DNA of 64,000 nucleotides from Candidatus Staskawiczbacteria bacterium RIFOXYB1_FULL_37_44 (GCA_001822065.1 MHPJ01000015.1:7186-71185); one strand, 5' to 3'. Shown: positions 32,568 to 42,484, numbered from the stretch's first letter. Notes: generated from the letters alone by a model not told the origin. Made by a program: numbers and translations.

Positions 32568-34097
32568 ATGAGAATTAATAAATTATTATTTATATTTTTC
32601 ATTCTTTTTGTGTCGATACCTATCACAACCTTTGCCGCCAATTTAGATAACGTTAATTATCCGATTGCTGCGCTTGGCAATTGTGATTTCAAACAAGCTT
32701 GCCACGATTATTGCAACAAAGAGGAAAACCATTTAGCTTGCATTGAGTTCGCAAAAAATAAAGAAATATACAGTGATGAAAAAGCTGACAGGATGGCGAA
32801 CATGGAAAAATTTAAAAGGGGAATGGAGTCAGCGTTTGAGGATACTCCTGGTGGATGTGTTTCCCCTCGCGAATGTGATGCCTATTGCAGGATAGAAGAG
32901 CATTTGGATGAATGTCTAAATTACAGTGTTAAAATTGGTCACGCAACTCAAGAAGAAGCAGATAAAATAAGAGAAAAAGCAAACAAGGGCGGACCCGGAG
33001 GGTGCAAGTCAAAAGAAACCTGTAAAGGATATTGTACTATGCCCGAGCATTTTGACGAATGCGCAAATTTTTTGGTTGAAGACGGGAAACTTTCGGCGGA
33101 AGATGCAAAATTTGCCGCCGAGGCAATGCGCGAAGCCGAAGAGTTTAAAAACCAAAAACCTGCGGAAGTTAATCAGAAAAAAGCTGCTGAAATTTTGAAA
33201 ATTGGCTCAGGTCCTGGCGGATGCGTTAATGTGGAGGAATGTAGTAAATTTTGCTCTGGACCAGAGCATATGGATGAGTGTCTCGCATTTGCGCAAAAGA
33301 ATAATTTGATTGCGCCTGAAAATTTAGAAAAAGCAAAGAAATTGATGGCCGCTGGAGGACCTGGGGGATGCAGGGGACAAACAGAATGTAAAGCTTATTG
33401 CAATCAGGAGGAGCACAGCCAGGAATGCATGGATTTTTCTCTTAAAAACGGGACTATGACTCAAGGGCAATATGATAAAATGAATAAATTAAGGAATATG
33501 ATGGAAAAAACTAGTCAACCGCAGGCTGCCAGGCCAGGAGGATGCAAAACAGATGAAGAGTGCAACAAGTATTGCACTGATTCCTCTCGCATAGAGGAAT
33601 GTATTGATTATGCGCTTGGCGGAGGAAGACTTAATGGAGAAATAATCAAAAATATGATGGGTAAAAGCGAGAGCGCTCGCCAGAAGTTTGAGGAAATGAG
33701 GCAAGAATTAGAAAAATTTAATCAATCAGAAGGCGGGCAAATGCCTCCAGCGGGCGGAGTAGGTGGCCAGGGAGAAAAATATCAAGTGCCGCCGAATACG
33801 GCTCGACCACCTGTTCAGGGCGAAGGTAATTATGGTCCGCCAGAGGGATACGGCCCGCCACCAGGAAATTATGGCCCTCCACCTGGATACAACGGCCAAA
33901 TGCCGCCTCCGGAAGTTATACAAAAAATGATTCAAGGCGGCCAGATGCCGCCAGAGGATTTTCGGCCCGGTGAACAGTCGTCTCCTGGTTATCAACCAGG
34001 TCAACAACCTCCGCCACCAAGCAGTTTTATTATAAACAAGGATTCTCTTGTCGGCTCATTAATTGATGCCGCATTCAAATTTTTTACCAAACGTTAA
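32568..34097 (+). CDS. Secreted protein with six 4-Cys repeat modules and a Pro/Gly/Gln-rich tail
   Basis: Signal peptide, then six copies of (P)GGCxxxxECxxYCxxxEHxxECxxF, then GYGPPPGNYGPPPGY-type low complexity. Confidence 0.7.
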   Translation: MRINKLLFIFFILFVSIPITTFAANLDNVNYPIAALGNCDFKQACHDYCNKEENHLACIEFAKNKEIYSDEKADRMANMEKFKRGMESAFEDTPGGCVSPRECDAYCRIEEHLDECLNYSVKIGHATQEEADKIREKANKGGPGGCKSKETCKGYCTMPEHFDECANFLVEDGKLSAEDAKFAAEAMREAEEFKNQKPAEVNQKKAAEILKIGSGPGGCVNVEECSKFCSGPEHMDECLAFAQKNNLIAPENLEKAKKLMAAGGPGGCRGQTECKAYCNQEEHSQECMDFSLKNGTMTQGQYDKMNKLRNMMEKTSQPQAARPGGCKTDEECNKYCTDSSRIEECIDYALGGGRLNGEIIKNMMGKSESARQKFEEMRQELEKFNQSEGGQMPPAGGVGGQGEKYQVPPNTARPPVQGEGNYGPPEGYGPPPGNYGPPPGYNGQMPPPEVIQKMIQGGQMPPEDFRPGEQSSPGYQPGQQPPPPSSFIINKDSLVGSLIDAAFKFFTKR

Positions 34098-34168
34098 AAT
34101 ATGGCTCAACGAGTTGAGCCATAAAACCGCCTTTTAATTGAGGTGGTTTTTTGATAGGATAAATTAAT

Positions 34169-35185
34169 ATGAAAAACAAAGCACGAGTTACCACTGAATA
34201 CAAGGGGGCATATAAAGTTAAAAATGAACACGGAGAATTTCTGGCGAAAGTCACCGGAAAGCGGATTTTTGATGCTTTATCCAGAGAGGACTATCCTGCT
34301 GTGGGAGATTGGGTAATTATTGAAGAACTTCCAGAACAGCAAGCAGTGATCAAGAAAATTTTACCAAGAAAAACAGTAATAAAAAGAATGCATAAAGACA
34401 GGAGCAGAATCGGCGGAAAAAATGAAACGCAAATTATAGCGACCAACATTGACGTTGCTTTTGTTGTGGAATCGGTTGATAGAGATTTTAATCTGAATCG
34501 TTTTGAAAGGTATTTTGCCATAGCTAAAGACGGAGGCGTAAAGCCTACCATTATATTAAATAAAATAGATTTAATCTCTAAAGAAGAATTAGATATAAAA
34601 TTAGCTCAAGTAAAGAATAGATTTAATGATGTTGATTTTATTCCGACTAGTATTATTACCGATGAGGGGTTGAGTGAATTAAAAATGTATATGAAAAAGG
34701 GAAAAACATATTGCTTCCTTGGCTCTTCCGGGGTTGGTAAGTCTTCTTTAATTAACAAACTGCTTGGAGAAAATATCATAAAGACGGAAAATATAAGTAT
34801 TAGCACGGGGAAAGGGAAGCATACTACAACAAGCCGAGAAATGTATTTTCTGGAAAATGGCGCTATTGTTGTAGATAATCCGGGAATGCGAGAAGTAGGA
34901 ATGACGGATACGGGCTTAGGCATAGATAATTTATTTGACGAAATAATGATTTTAGCCAAAAATTGCAAATATGTTGATTGCATACATATTCACGAGCCGG
35001 GATGCAAGGTATTGTCTGCTGTAAAATCTGGAGAATTGGATAAAGATAAATATTTAAATTACGTCAGCTTAAAAAGGGAAGTCGAACATTATGAAATGAC
35101 TAAACTTGAAAAAAGAGAGAAAGATAAACAATTTGGTAAATTTGTTAAAAATGCGAAAAAAGAATTAAAAAAATATAAGCATTAG
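34169..35185 (+). CDS. rsgA: Ribosome small-subunit-dependent GTPase A
   Basis: Circularly permuted GTPase: LNKIDL, GSSGVGKSSLINKL, GKGKHTTT, and a zinc knuckle CKYVDCIHIHEPGC. Confidence 0.9.
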   Translation: MKNKARVTTEYKGAYKVKNEHGEFLAKVTGKRIFDALSREDYPAVGDWVIIEELPEQQAVIKKILPRKTVIKRMHKDRSRIGGKNETQIIATNIDVAFVVESVDRDFNLNRFERYFAIAKDGGVKPTIILNKIDLISKEELDIKLAQVKNRFNDVDFIPTSIITDEGLSELKMYMKKGKTYCFLGSSGVGKSSLINKLLGENIIKTENISISTGKGKHTTTSREMYFLENGAIVVDNPGMREVGMTDTGLGIDNLFDEIMILAKNCKYVDCIHIHEPGCKVLSAVKSGELDKDKYLNYVSLKREVEHYEMTKLEKREKDKQFGKFVKNAKKELKKYKH

Positions 35186-35186
35186 T

Positions 35187-35921
35187 ATGGAAAAAGATAA
35201 AATAAAAAAAATTGTAAGAGATGCATATAAAGAAATAGCCGTTAGTGGCGCGGGCTGCGGGTGCAGCTGCAATCGCGCAAAAAATATCTCAAAAAGCATT
35301 GGATATTCTGATGAAGAGTTAAAAATAGTGGGCGAGGCTAACCTTGGCTTGGGATGTGGAAACCCTTTGGCTTTTGGAAAAATAAAAGAAGGAGATACTG
35401 TATTGGATTTGGGTTCTGGGGCGGGGATTGATGCAATTTTAGCTGCTCAAAAAGTAGGAGAAAAAGGTAAAGTTATTGGCGTAGATATGACAAAAGAAAT
35501 GATAGAGAAAGCAAAAGAAAATGCCAAGAAACAGGGCGTTAAAAATGTAGAGTTTTTGTTGGGTGAAATAGAAAACCTGCCGCTTAAAGATAATTCAGTT
35601 GATACAATTGTTACAAATTGTGTTGTAAACCTAACGCCCGACAAAGCAAAAACATTTAGCGAGGCATATAGAGTTTTAAAATCGGGCGGAAGAATTTATT
35701 TATCTGACATTGTTTTACTGGAAGAATTAACAGAAGAACAAAGGAATAATAAAAAGCTTATTTCCGGCTGTGTGGCAGGCGCTTTATTGAGAGATGATTA
35801 TTTAAACAAGATAAGGGAAGCTGGATTTGGTGTGAAGATTTTATATGAAAATACCGGAATTAGTAAGGAGCAGTACAATGGAATACCCCTAGAAAGCATA
35901 ATGGTTGAGCTAACTAAATAA
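35187..35921 (+). CDS. SAM-dependent methyltransferase, ArsM-like
   Basis: VLDLGSGAGIDA, GVDMTKEMIEKA, VDTIVTNCVVNL..DK, RVLKSGGRIYLSDIV. N-terminal Cys cluster GCGCSC. Confidence 0.8.
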   Translation: MEKDKIKKIVRDAYKEIAVSGAGCGCSCNRAKNISKSIGYSDEELKIVGEANLGLGCGNPLAFGKIKEGDTVLDLGSGAGIDAILAAQKVGEKGKVIGVDMTKEMIEKAKENAKKQGVKNVEFLLGEIENLPLKDNSVDTIVTNCVVNLTPDKAKTFSEAYRVLKSGGRIYLSDIVLLEELTEEQRNNKKLISGCVAGALLRDDYLNKIREAGFGVKILYENTGISKEQYNGIPLESIMVELTK

Positions 35922-35971
35922 ATCTACAGTACTATTAATAAATTATTAACCTTTTAAAAATATAATTAAAA

Positions 35972-36550
35972 ATGATGGAAGATAATTATATAAAAAAAGA
36001 CGGATACAAAAAAAGGCCATTGTGGCAATGGATTTTATTGTACGTTGTGGCAGCCGGAGCTGCTTATGGTTTGATATATTATTTTTTCTTCGGGAAAAAT
36101 AATGACTATGTTTATAATCAAAGTCAGAACCAAACCAATAATCAGCAAAACACCGGTGCGATATCCAACGATTATTTTTTAAATTTAAGTAATAATGGGC
36201 TAACAAGTTTATCACAATCTATTTTTGACCAAACAAATTTACAGGAACTTGATATATCGAACAATTCGCTTACTGGCGCCATTCCTGCTGAAATAAGAAA
36301 ACTAAAAAATTTAATAATTCTTAATGCCAGTTATAATCAAATGACTGGTGTGCCTGCAGAAATTGGCCAATTATTAAATTTGCAAGTTCTTGATTTGTCC
36401 TACAATCAAATAACTGGTTTGCCCAATGAACTGGGAAATTTAAAAAATTTGAAAACGTTAAATTTATCTGGTAACGCATATTCTCAGCAAGACCTTAATG
36501 GCATACGCAGCAAGCTTCCGACAACTGTAAATATTATTATAAGCCAGTAG
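35972..36550 (+). CDS. Membrane-anchored leucine-rich-repeat protein
   Basis: TM helix followed by about five LxxLxLSxNxLTGxIPxEIGxLxN repeats. Confidence 0.75.
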   Translation: MMEDNYIKKDGYKKRPLWQWILLYVVAAGAAYGLIYYFFFGKNNDYVYNQSQNQTNNQQNTGAISNDYFLNLSNNGLTSLSQSIFDQTNLQELDISNNSLTGAIPAEIRKLKNLIILNASYNQMTGVPAEIGQLLNLQVLDLSYNQITGLPNELGNLKNLKTLNLSGNAYSQQDLNGIRSKLPTTVNIIISQ

Positions 36551-36648
36551 CGCATTTTACGGAAAACGCTTTTATATGAGGCGTTTTTTGTTTAACGCAA
36601 AGTTAATTATAATTTTGTATTCTAAATTTAAGAATTAAAAATAAAAAA

Positions 36649-36837
36649 ATGCCAGTTTTGGAAGCATCTCAAATATTATTTAATTTTATAATATCGTCCG
36701 CGGTAGTTGTTATAACAATATTTATCAGTTTAATAGCAGTTGATGCTATAAAGCTTCTCAAAACCGTTAGAAAATTTTTAGAAAGCGTTTTAAACTTATC
36801 AATTGTTTCAAAATTTTTTAAGAAAAAAAATAAGTAA
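36649..36837 (+). CDS. Small membrane protein (62 aa)
   Basis: One TM helix. Sits directly upstream of the YtxH-like gene. Weak support. Confidence 0.35.
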   Translation: MPVLEASQILFNFIISSAVVVITIFISLIAVDAIKLLKTVRKFLESVLNLSIVSKFFKKKNK

Positions 36838-36847
36838 AAATAAAAAT

Positions 36848-37174
36848 ATGTCAAAAGGTAATACATTAAAATTTTTAGAGGGAGCTGCCGTGGGGCTGGC
36901 TTTAGGCGTGGCAGCTAATATGTTTTTAGATTCAAAAAAGGGAAAAGCATTAAAAAACGACATAGAAAGCATAATGGCAGATTTTTATAAATATGCTTCT
37001 CCTAAAGTTAAAAAAATAAAAAAATTGGGTGAGAAAGAATATAAAATATTTATGAAAGGCGCGGCAGAGAATTATGCCAAGCTAAAAAAAATATCCGGCA
37101 ATATGGCAGAGCAAATTATAGAAAAAGCCCAAGAATCATGGGAGAGCTTTTCCAATAACCAGCAAGAAAAATAA
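36848..37174 (+). CDS. YtxH-like protein
   Basis: Start moved to MSKGNTLKFLEGAAVGLALGVAANMFLDSKKGKALKNDI, a YtxH-type glycine-zipper helix followed by a helical region. Confidence 0.6.
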   Translation: MSKGNTLKFLEGAAVGLALGVAANMFLDSKKGKALKNDIESIMADFYKYASPKVKKIKKLGEKEYKIFMKGAAENYAKLKKISGNMAEQIIEKAQESWESFSNNQQEK

Positions 37175-37241
37175 TTTTTACAAAGCCACCTTTTATTTTG
37201 GGCGATTTTTTAGTATAATTATCAAATTAATTAATACAAAT

Positions 37242-38246
37242 ATGAAAATTGCTTTTTTTGAAATAGAGGATTGGCAAAAAGATTATTTAATAGAAAAACT
37301 CGCAGGTCACGAGCTGTCTTTTTTTACAGAGCCGCTGTCTTTAGAAAATATTAGCTCGGCAACGGGTTGCGCCATAATTTCTCCATTTATTTATTCTCAA
37401 ATTAATAAAGATATTTTGCAAAAACTTCCCGATTTAAAAATGGTCAGCACGCGCTCAACCGGGTTTGACCATATTGATATTCAAAAAGCAGAAGAAAACA
37501 AAATTGCTGTGTGTAATGTGCCGTATTACGGTGAAAATACGGTGGCCGAACACACCTTTGCGCTCATTACGGCTTTATCGAGGAAATTAACTGACTCTGT
37601 TGAGCGGGCCAGAAAGGGGGACTTCACTTTAGACGGATTGCGGGGATTTGATTTAAAAGGTAAAACTTTAGGCATTATTGGAACAGGCCACATTGGTCTG
37701 CATGTTGCCAGAATTGCCAATGGTTTTGAAATGGAAGTTTTGGCTTTTGATACGAAACCGGATAAAAAATTGGCTAAGAAAATAGGATTTAAATATGTTG
37801 ATATGGAAAATTTGCTGGCAAAATCCGATATTATAACCTTGCATATTCCAGACAACGAATCAACGCATCATTTAATCAATTCAACAAACATAAATTTAAT
37901 TAAAAAGGGCGCATATTTAATAAATACTGCGAGAGGCGGATTAATAGAAACGCAAGCTTTACTGAAGGCGCTATCCGGCGGAATTTTAGCGGGAGCGGGT
38001 TTAGATGTTTTAGAAGAAGAATGTTTTGTAAAAGAAGAGGCCCAGCTTTTATCAAAAGAATTTCCTAAAACTTGTGATTTAAAAACTGTTTTGCAAAATC
38101 ACATTTTATTACAGCAGAAAAATGTTATAATAACTCCTCATAATGCCTTTAACTCGCGGGAAGCTTTAAAAAGGATTCTTGATGCAACCGTAGAAAATAT
38201 AAATGGTTTTAAGGCAAACAAACTCATAAATATTGTGAAGAAATAA
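37242..38246 (+). CDS. D-isomer-specific 2-hydroxyacid dehydrogenase (D-lactate dehydrogenase-like)
   Basis: NAD-binding GIIGTGHIGLHVA, catalytic-region NTARGGLI and ITPHNAF motifs. Confidence 0.85.
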   Translation: MKIAFFEIEDWQKDYLIEKLAGHELSFFTEPLSLENISSATGCAIISPFIYSQINKDILQKLPDLKMVSTRSTGFDHIDIQKAEENKIAVCNVPYYGENTVAEHTFALITALSRKLTDSVERARKGDFTLDGLRGFDLKGKTLGIIGTGHIGLHVARIANGFEMEVLAFDTKPDKKLAKKIGFKYVDMENLLAKSDIITLHIPDNESTHHLINSTNINLIKKGAYLINTARGGLIETQALLKALSGGILAGAGLDVLEEECFVKEEAQLLSKEFPKTCDLKTVLQNHILLQQKNVIITPHNAFNSREALKRILDATVENINGFKANKLINIVKK

Positions 38247-38255
38247 ATAATTAAA

Positions 38256-39410
38256 ATGAAAAAAAACGTTTCTTTGGCAAAAAAATCATTGGATTACCAT
38301 AAAAAGCTGAATGGAAAAATTGGCATTTTTTCTAAAGCGCCGCTAAAATCTCTGGAAGATTTACAACTTTCGTACACGCCGGGCGTGGGAGCTGTGAGCG
38401 CTTTTTTGTCGCTTCATAAAGATCAAATAAAAAAATATACAATTAAAAAAAATGCCGTTGCCGTGGTTTCGGACGGTTCGGCGGTATTGGGTTTGGGAAA
38501 CATCGGCGTTGAGGGAGCTTTGCCTGTAATGGAAGGAAAGGCAATGATTTTTAAAGAGTTTGCAAATATCGATGCTTTTCCAATAGTTTTAGACACGCAA
38601 GATGTTGAGGAAATTATAAAAACCATCAAGCATATTGCTCCGGTGTTTGGCGCAATAAATTTGGAAGACATTTCCGCGCCCCGTTGTTTTGAAATTGAAA
38701 AAAGGCTTCAAGACGCGCTGGATATTTTTGTAATGCACGATGACCAGCACGCAACAGCAATTGTTGTTTTGGCCGGGCTGATAAATGCTTTTAAGGTTGC
38801 AAAAAAAGATTTGAAAAAGAGTTCAATTACAGTTATTGGAGCAGGTTCAGCTGGAACCGCAGTAACTAAGCTTTTATACGCTTATGGGGTCAGAAATATT
38901 ATTGTGGTGGATACAAAGGGAATTTTATCTAAGTGCAGGGGAAATATGCTAGCTCATCAAACAGAGCTGGCTGATATAACAAATGAAAACTGCAGAGAAG
39001 GAACGCTTCAAGATGCTTTTGTAAAAGCCGATGCAGTCGTGGGGCTTTCTGCGCCCAATATTATAAAACCAGAATACATAAAAACAATGAATGAAAGGCC
39101 GATTATTTTTGCTTTGGCAAATCCGGTGCCCGAAATAATGCCCGGCATTGCCAAAAAAGCCGGCGCATTTATTGTTGCCACGGGCCGGTCGGATTTTGAA
39201 AACCAGGTGAATAACGCTTTGGTTTTTCCCGGAATTTTTCGCGGAGCTTTGGATTATAACATAAGAAAAATAACCGATGAAATGCAAATTAACGCAGCCA
39301 AAAAACTTGCAGGAATTATAAAAAATTCAAAAGCCAATAATATTATTCCATCAATTTTTAACCCAAAAATTGTCAAAGCCATTGCTTTAAGCCTGAAACA
39401 TGAAGTTTAA
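38256..39410 (+). CDS. NAD(P)-dependent malic enzyme (short form)
   Basis: YTPGVG, VVSDGSAVLGLGNIG, NLEDISAPRCFEIE and GAGSAG motifs. Confidence 0.9.
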   Translation: MKKNVSLAKKSLDYHKKLNGKIGIFSKAPLKSLEDLQLSYTPGVGAVSAFLSLHKDQIKKYTIKKNAVAVVSDGSAVLGLGNIGVEGALPVMEGKAMIFKEFANIDAFPIVLDTQDVEEIIKTIKHIAPVFGAINLEDISAPRCFEIEKRLQDALDIFVMHDDQHATAIVVLAGLINAFKVAKKDLKKSSITVIGAGSAGTAVTKLLYAYGVRNIIVVDTKGILSKCRGNMLAHQTELADITNENCREGTLQDAFVKADAVVGLSAPNIIKPEYIKTMNERPIIFALANPVPEIMPGIAKKAGAFIVATGRSDFENQVNNALVFPGIFRGALDYNIRKITDEMQINAAKKLAGIIKNSKANNIIPSIFNPKIVKAIALSLKHEV

Positions 39411-40224
39411 CCGCGAGCAAGTTATTATTGGGAGAGTTAAAGCTTTTTATTGGGAAAAAAATAAAACCCAGAAAAAAGTTATTATTTTCCTGCACGGTTT
39501 TCCGGGAAACCATAAAATTGTAATTGATATGGCGCGCAATTTTAAAAACTTTAGGGTAATAATTCCCGATCTGCCCGCATGCGGACTGTCAGATCCTTTA
39601 AATGAAAAACATACTTTAAATAATTATGCAGACTGGGTAAACGAACTTTTAAAAAGTTTATCTGTAAATAAAGCAGTTGTTGTTGGATATTCTTTTGGCT
39701 CAAGAGTTGCTTTGACTTTTTGTGAATCTTATGAAAAAGCAGTTGAAAGGTTGGTTTTAATAACCCCGGTTGTAAAAGCAGATAGTTTGATTGCCAGGAT
39801 TGCTCTTTTAGAATATGAGATTGCCGAAGTTTTGCCCGATTTTTTACAGAAAACATGGCTCAATAATAGGGTATATCATACGGCCAGTAACATTATAATA
39901 TTTAAATCTGCCAGTAAAAAAAGGCGCGAGAAATTAATACTGGCAGACAAAAAAGAAACAAACCATTTGTACCCAAGAGCTAATATTGAATTATTTAATG
40001 AATTTTTAAACTCAAAGCCAATATCAAAAGGTCCAAGAATTACCGCAAAAACTTTATTGATTGCCTGCGATAAAGACGAGGTTGCAACTGTAAAAACAGT
40101 TGAAGAATTAATGGACAGGTTTTCCAATGCTGCAATGGAAATTATAAAAAATTCAGGTCATATTGTCCCGGCCGAAAGGCCCATAAAAACAGCAAAAATT
40201 ATTTTAGACTGGTTAAATAATTAA
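39400..40224 (+). CDS. Alpha/beta-fold hydrolase
   Basis: HGFPGN oxyanion region, nucleophile elbow GYSFGS, C-terminal GH. Confidence 0.75.
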   Translation: MKFNREQVIIGRVKAFYWEKNKTQKKVIIFLHGFPGNHKIVIDMARNFKNFRVIIPDLPACGLSDPLNEKHTLNNYADWVNELLKSLSVNKAVVVGYSFGSRVALTFCESYEKAVERLVLITPVVKADSLIARIALLEYEIAEVLPDFLQKTWLNNRVYHTASNIIIFKSASKKRREKLILADKKETNHLYPRANIELFNEFLNSKPISKGPRITAKTLLIACDKDEVATVKTVEELMDRFSNAAMEIIKNSGHIVPAERPIKTAKIILDWLNN

Positions 40225-40244
40225 TATTATTAAATAATAAATAT

Positions 40245-41012
40245 ATGGATATTTTTGTATATTATATTTTAGGAGTTGTGGTTATAATTGCGCTTTCGGG
40301 AATTAGAGTTATCAAAGAGTATGAAAGGGCGGTTATTTTCTTTTTGGGAAAACAAACTAATATTCGGGGTCCGGGCTTAATATATTTGATTCCCATTTTT
40401 GAACAAATGGTCAAAGTAAGTTTTAGAACAGTAACGATGGGAATTCCTTCGCAGAAAATCATTACAAAAGACAATGTGTCTATTGATATTGCAGCTGTGG
40501 CATATTACCACGTGGTTGATCCAAAAAAGGCGGTTATTGCCATTGAGGATGTTTTTTCTGCTGTGAACCAAATAAGTCAAACAACTGTAAGAAATGTGGT
40601 TGGGCAGTTTATGCTGGATCAGCTTTTGTCGCAGACTTCAGATATTAATAACCAGATAAAAAACGTTATTGATAGTCACACAGAACCTTGGGGAGTGCAA
40701 GTGACCGCAGTTGAAATTAAGGATATTTTTTTACCAGAAAATATGCAGAGAGCCATGGCAAAAGAAGCTGAAGCAGAACGAGAGAGGAGGGCAAAAATTG
40801 TGGCAGCTCAGGGAGAATTTCAGGCCGCTGAAAAGCTTGGCCAGGCAGCTGATCTAATTGCCGCTCATCCTGTTGCCTTACAGCTTAGAACATTACAGAC
40901 AATGGCGGAAATAAGCGTTGAAAAAAATTCAACTATTATTTTTCCGGCACAATTTATGACAACAGTAAAAGAGGCGATTGAGTCCATAAAGTCTGATAAT
41001 TTAAATAAATAA
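40245..41012 (+). CDS. SPFH/band-7 (stomatin-like) membrane protein
   Basis: N-terminal TM, YERAVIFFLGK, and the EAEAERERRAKI coiled region typical of the SPFH family. Confidence 0.9.
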   Translation: MDIFVYYILGVVVIIALSGIRVIKEYERAVIFFLGKQTNIRGPGLIYLIPIFEQMVKVSFRTVTMGIPSQKIITKDNVSIDIAAVAYYHVVDPKKAVIAIEDVFSAVNQISQTTVRNVVGQFMLDQLLSQTSDINNQIKNVIDSHTEPWGVQVTAVEIKDIFLPENMQRAMAKEAEAERERRAKIVAAQGEFQAAEKLGQAADLIAAHPVALQLRTLQTMAEISVEKNSTIIFPAQFMTTVKEAIESIKSDNLNK

Positions 41013-41058
41013 CCAGTAAAACAAAAGCACCCGTACGGGCGCTTTTGTTTTATGAGAA

Positions 41059-41316
41059 TTAAGAAAGGTGTTTTGAGACCAATTTTGTCATTTCAAACAT
41101 ATTTACTGTGGCCTTTCCGCCGAAAACTGATTTTAGTTTATCATCGGCGTTTATGTTTCTTTTGTTTTTTGGATCCTGAAGCCCGTTCTTTTTTATGTAA
41201 GCCCAAAGTTTTTTTACGACTTCAGACCTCGGCATCGGACCCTTTCCTACAACTGCTTCTAAATCTGCTGTGAGCTTTAGCGGCTTCATAAAAGCCGAGT
41301 TTGCTTTTCCTGGCAT
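41059..41316 (-). CDS. SWIB/MDM2-domain protein
   Basis: 85-aa ORF. LEAVVGKGPMPRSEVVKKLWAYIKKNGLQDPKNKRNINADDKLKSVFG matches the SWIB pattern. Confidence 0.85.
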   Translation of the reverse strand: MPGKANSAFMKPLKLTADLEAVVGKGPMPRSEVVKKLWAYIKKNGLQDPKNKRNINADDKLKSVFGGKATVNMFEMTKLVSKHLS

Positions 41317-41329
41317 AATATTTTAAAAC

Positions 41330-41358
41330 TCGAAATTCGAATATCGAAAGTCGAAACG
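41330..41358. repeat. Four degenerate tandem heptamers: tcgaaat tcgaata tcgaaag tcgaaac
   Basis: Read directly. Lies in the divergent intergenic region between the SWIB gene and the DMT gene. Confidence 0.8.
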
Positions 41359-41401
41359 CGTTTTTGAATTTTTTTTGAAAATTCTAATTTGTTTCGGATT
41401 T

Positions 41402-41432
41402 CGGATTTCGGATTTCGGATTTAGTTTTTTTA
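41402..41432. repeat. Four perfect tandem heptamers (tttcgga)x4
   Basis: Read directly. The reverse complement of 41401-41420 is identical to lepA nt 12046-12065. Confidence 0.85.
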
Positions 41433-41501
41433 TTATCTATTGTGATAATATCATACAATACAAGCAAAAACAACTATTTTGTGTTATAATACTAAAATAT
41501 T

Positions 41502-42404
41502 ATGTTAACTTGGCTTTTTGTAATAATTTTAGCATATTTATTTTTCAGCCTGGCTTATCTTGGCGATAAGCTTGTTTTGTCCGGCCCGCCAAAACCCGCG
41601 TCTTATACTTTTTTTGTTGGCATATTTAGCGTGGTAATGGCTTTGTTGCTGCCATTCGTCGGTTTTGCTTTGCCAAGCAGCGCGCTTTTGCCGTGGATTA
41701 TTATAACCGCAATTGTTTATGTAACGGGACTCTACTCAATGTTTTGCGCTTTAGAAAAATTTGATGTTTCTAAAGTAATGACAACAATTGGAGCCACTCA
41801 GCCAATTTTTATTTTTGTTTTGGGCTGGCTATTTTTTGGGTCGGGAACGATGGGCAAAACAAATATTTTTGCTTTTGTTCTTTTGCTTTTGGGAAGCGTT
41901 ATAAGCTCTTTTGAAAAGAGCCGGAAAGCAACAGGGGAATATTTAAAAATTACAATTTTTTCGTCGCTGATGTTTTCTTTAGATTATATTTTGCAAAAAA
42001 ACATTTATACTAATGCGGATTTTTGGCACGGCTTCATATGGATTAGACTGTTTGTATTTTTAATTGCCTTGTTTTTTCTTTTTAGCAAAAAAGCGCGAAA
42101 AGATATTTTTGCGAAAAGGGGAGTTTTAGATAAAAAAAACCGGATAGTTTTTTTCTTTTCGCAAACATCCGGAGGAATTGCAAATGTTTTGCAGAGCTTT
42201 GCTATTTTTTTGGCACCGGTGGCTTTTTTGCCCATACTGAATTCGTTGCGAGGCATACAATATATTTTTCTTTTTCTGATTGTTTTATTTTTTTCAGTTT
42301 TTTTGCCGAAAATTTTAAAAGAAGAAATATCTGGAAAAATTATTTTGCAAAAAATTGTTTCTATAATTTTAATTGCGGCGGGCTTAGCTTTCTTGGTTTT
42401 TTAA
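41502..42404 (+). CDS. EamA/DMT-type membrane transporter (about 10 TM)
   Basis: 300-aa highly hydrophobic ORF with a two-fold repeat of about 5 helices. Confidence 0.65.
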   Translation: MLTWLFVIILAYLFFSLAYLGDKLVLSGPPKPASYTFFVGIFSVVMALLLPFVGFALPSSALLPWIIITAIVYVTGLYSMFCALEKFDVSKVMTTIGATQPIFIFVLGWLFFGSGTMGKTNIFAFVLLLLGSVISSFEKSRKATGEYLKITIFSSLMFSLDYILQKNIYTNADFWHGFIWIRLFVFLIALFFLFSKKARKDIFAKRGVLDKKNRIVFFFSQTSGGIANVLQSFAIFLAPVAFLPILNSLRGIQYIFLFLIVLFFSVFLPKILKEEISGKIILQKIVSIILIAAGLAFLVF

Positions 42405-42484
42405 GGTGAAAATTTAAAATAAAACAAGCGGGGTGTCGCGTGTGACACTCCGCTTTCTGTTGAGCATTGGTAGCCCCATTGGGT

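Noticed and set aside
41330-41432. Possible CRISPR array
   Set aside because: The repeats are 7 nt, contiguous and have no spacers, and no cas genes are present. No CRISPR-like repeat-spacer structure was seen anywhere in the window.
41052-41569. ORFs 41052-41273 (+) and 41375-41569 (+)
   Set aside because: The first is antisense to the well-supported SWIB gene. The second translates the heptamer array and promoter region upstream of the DMT gene.
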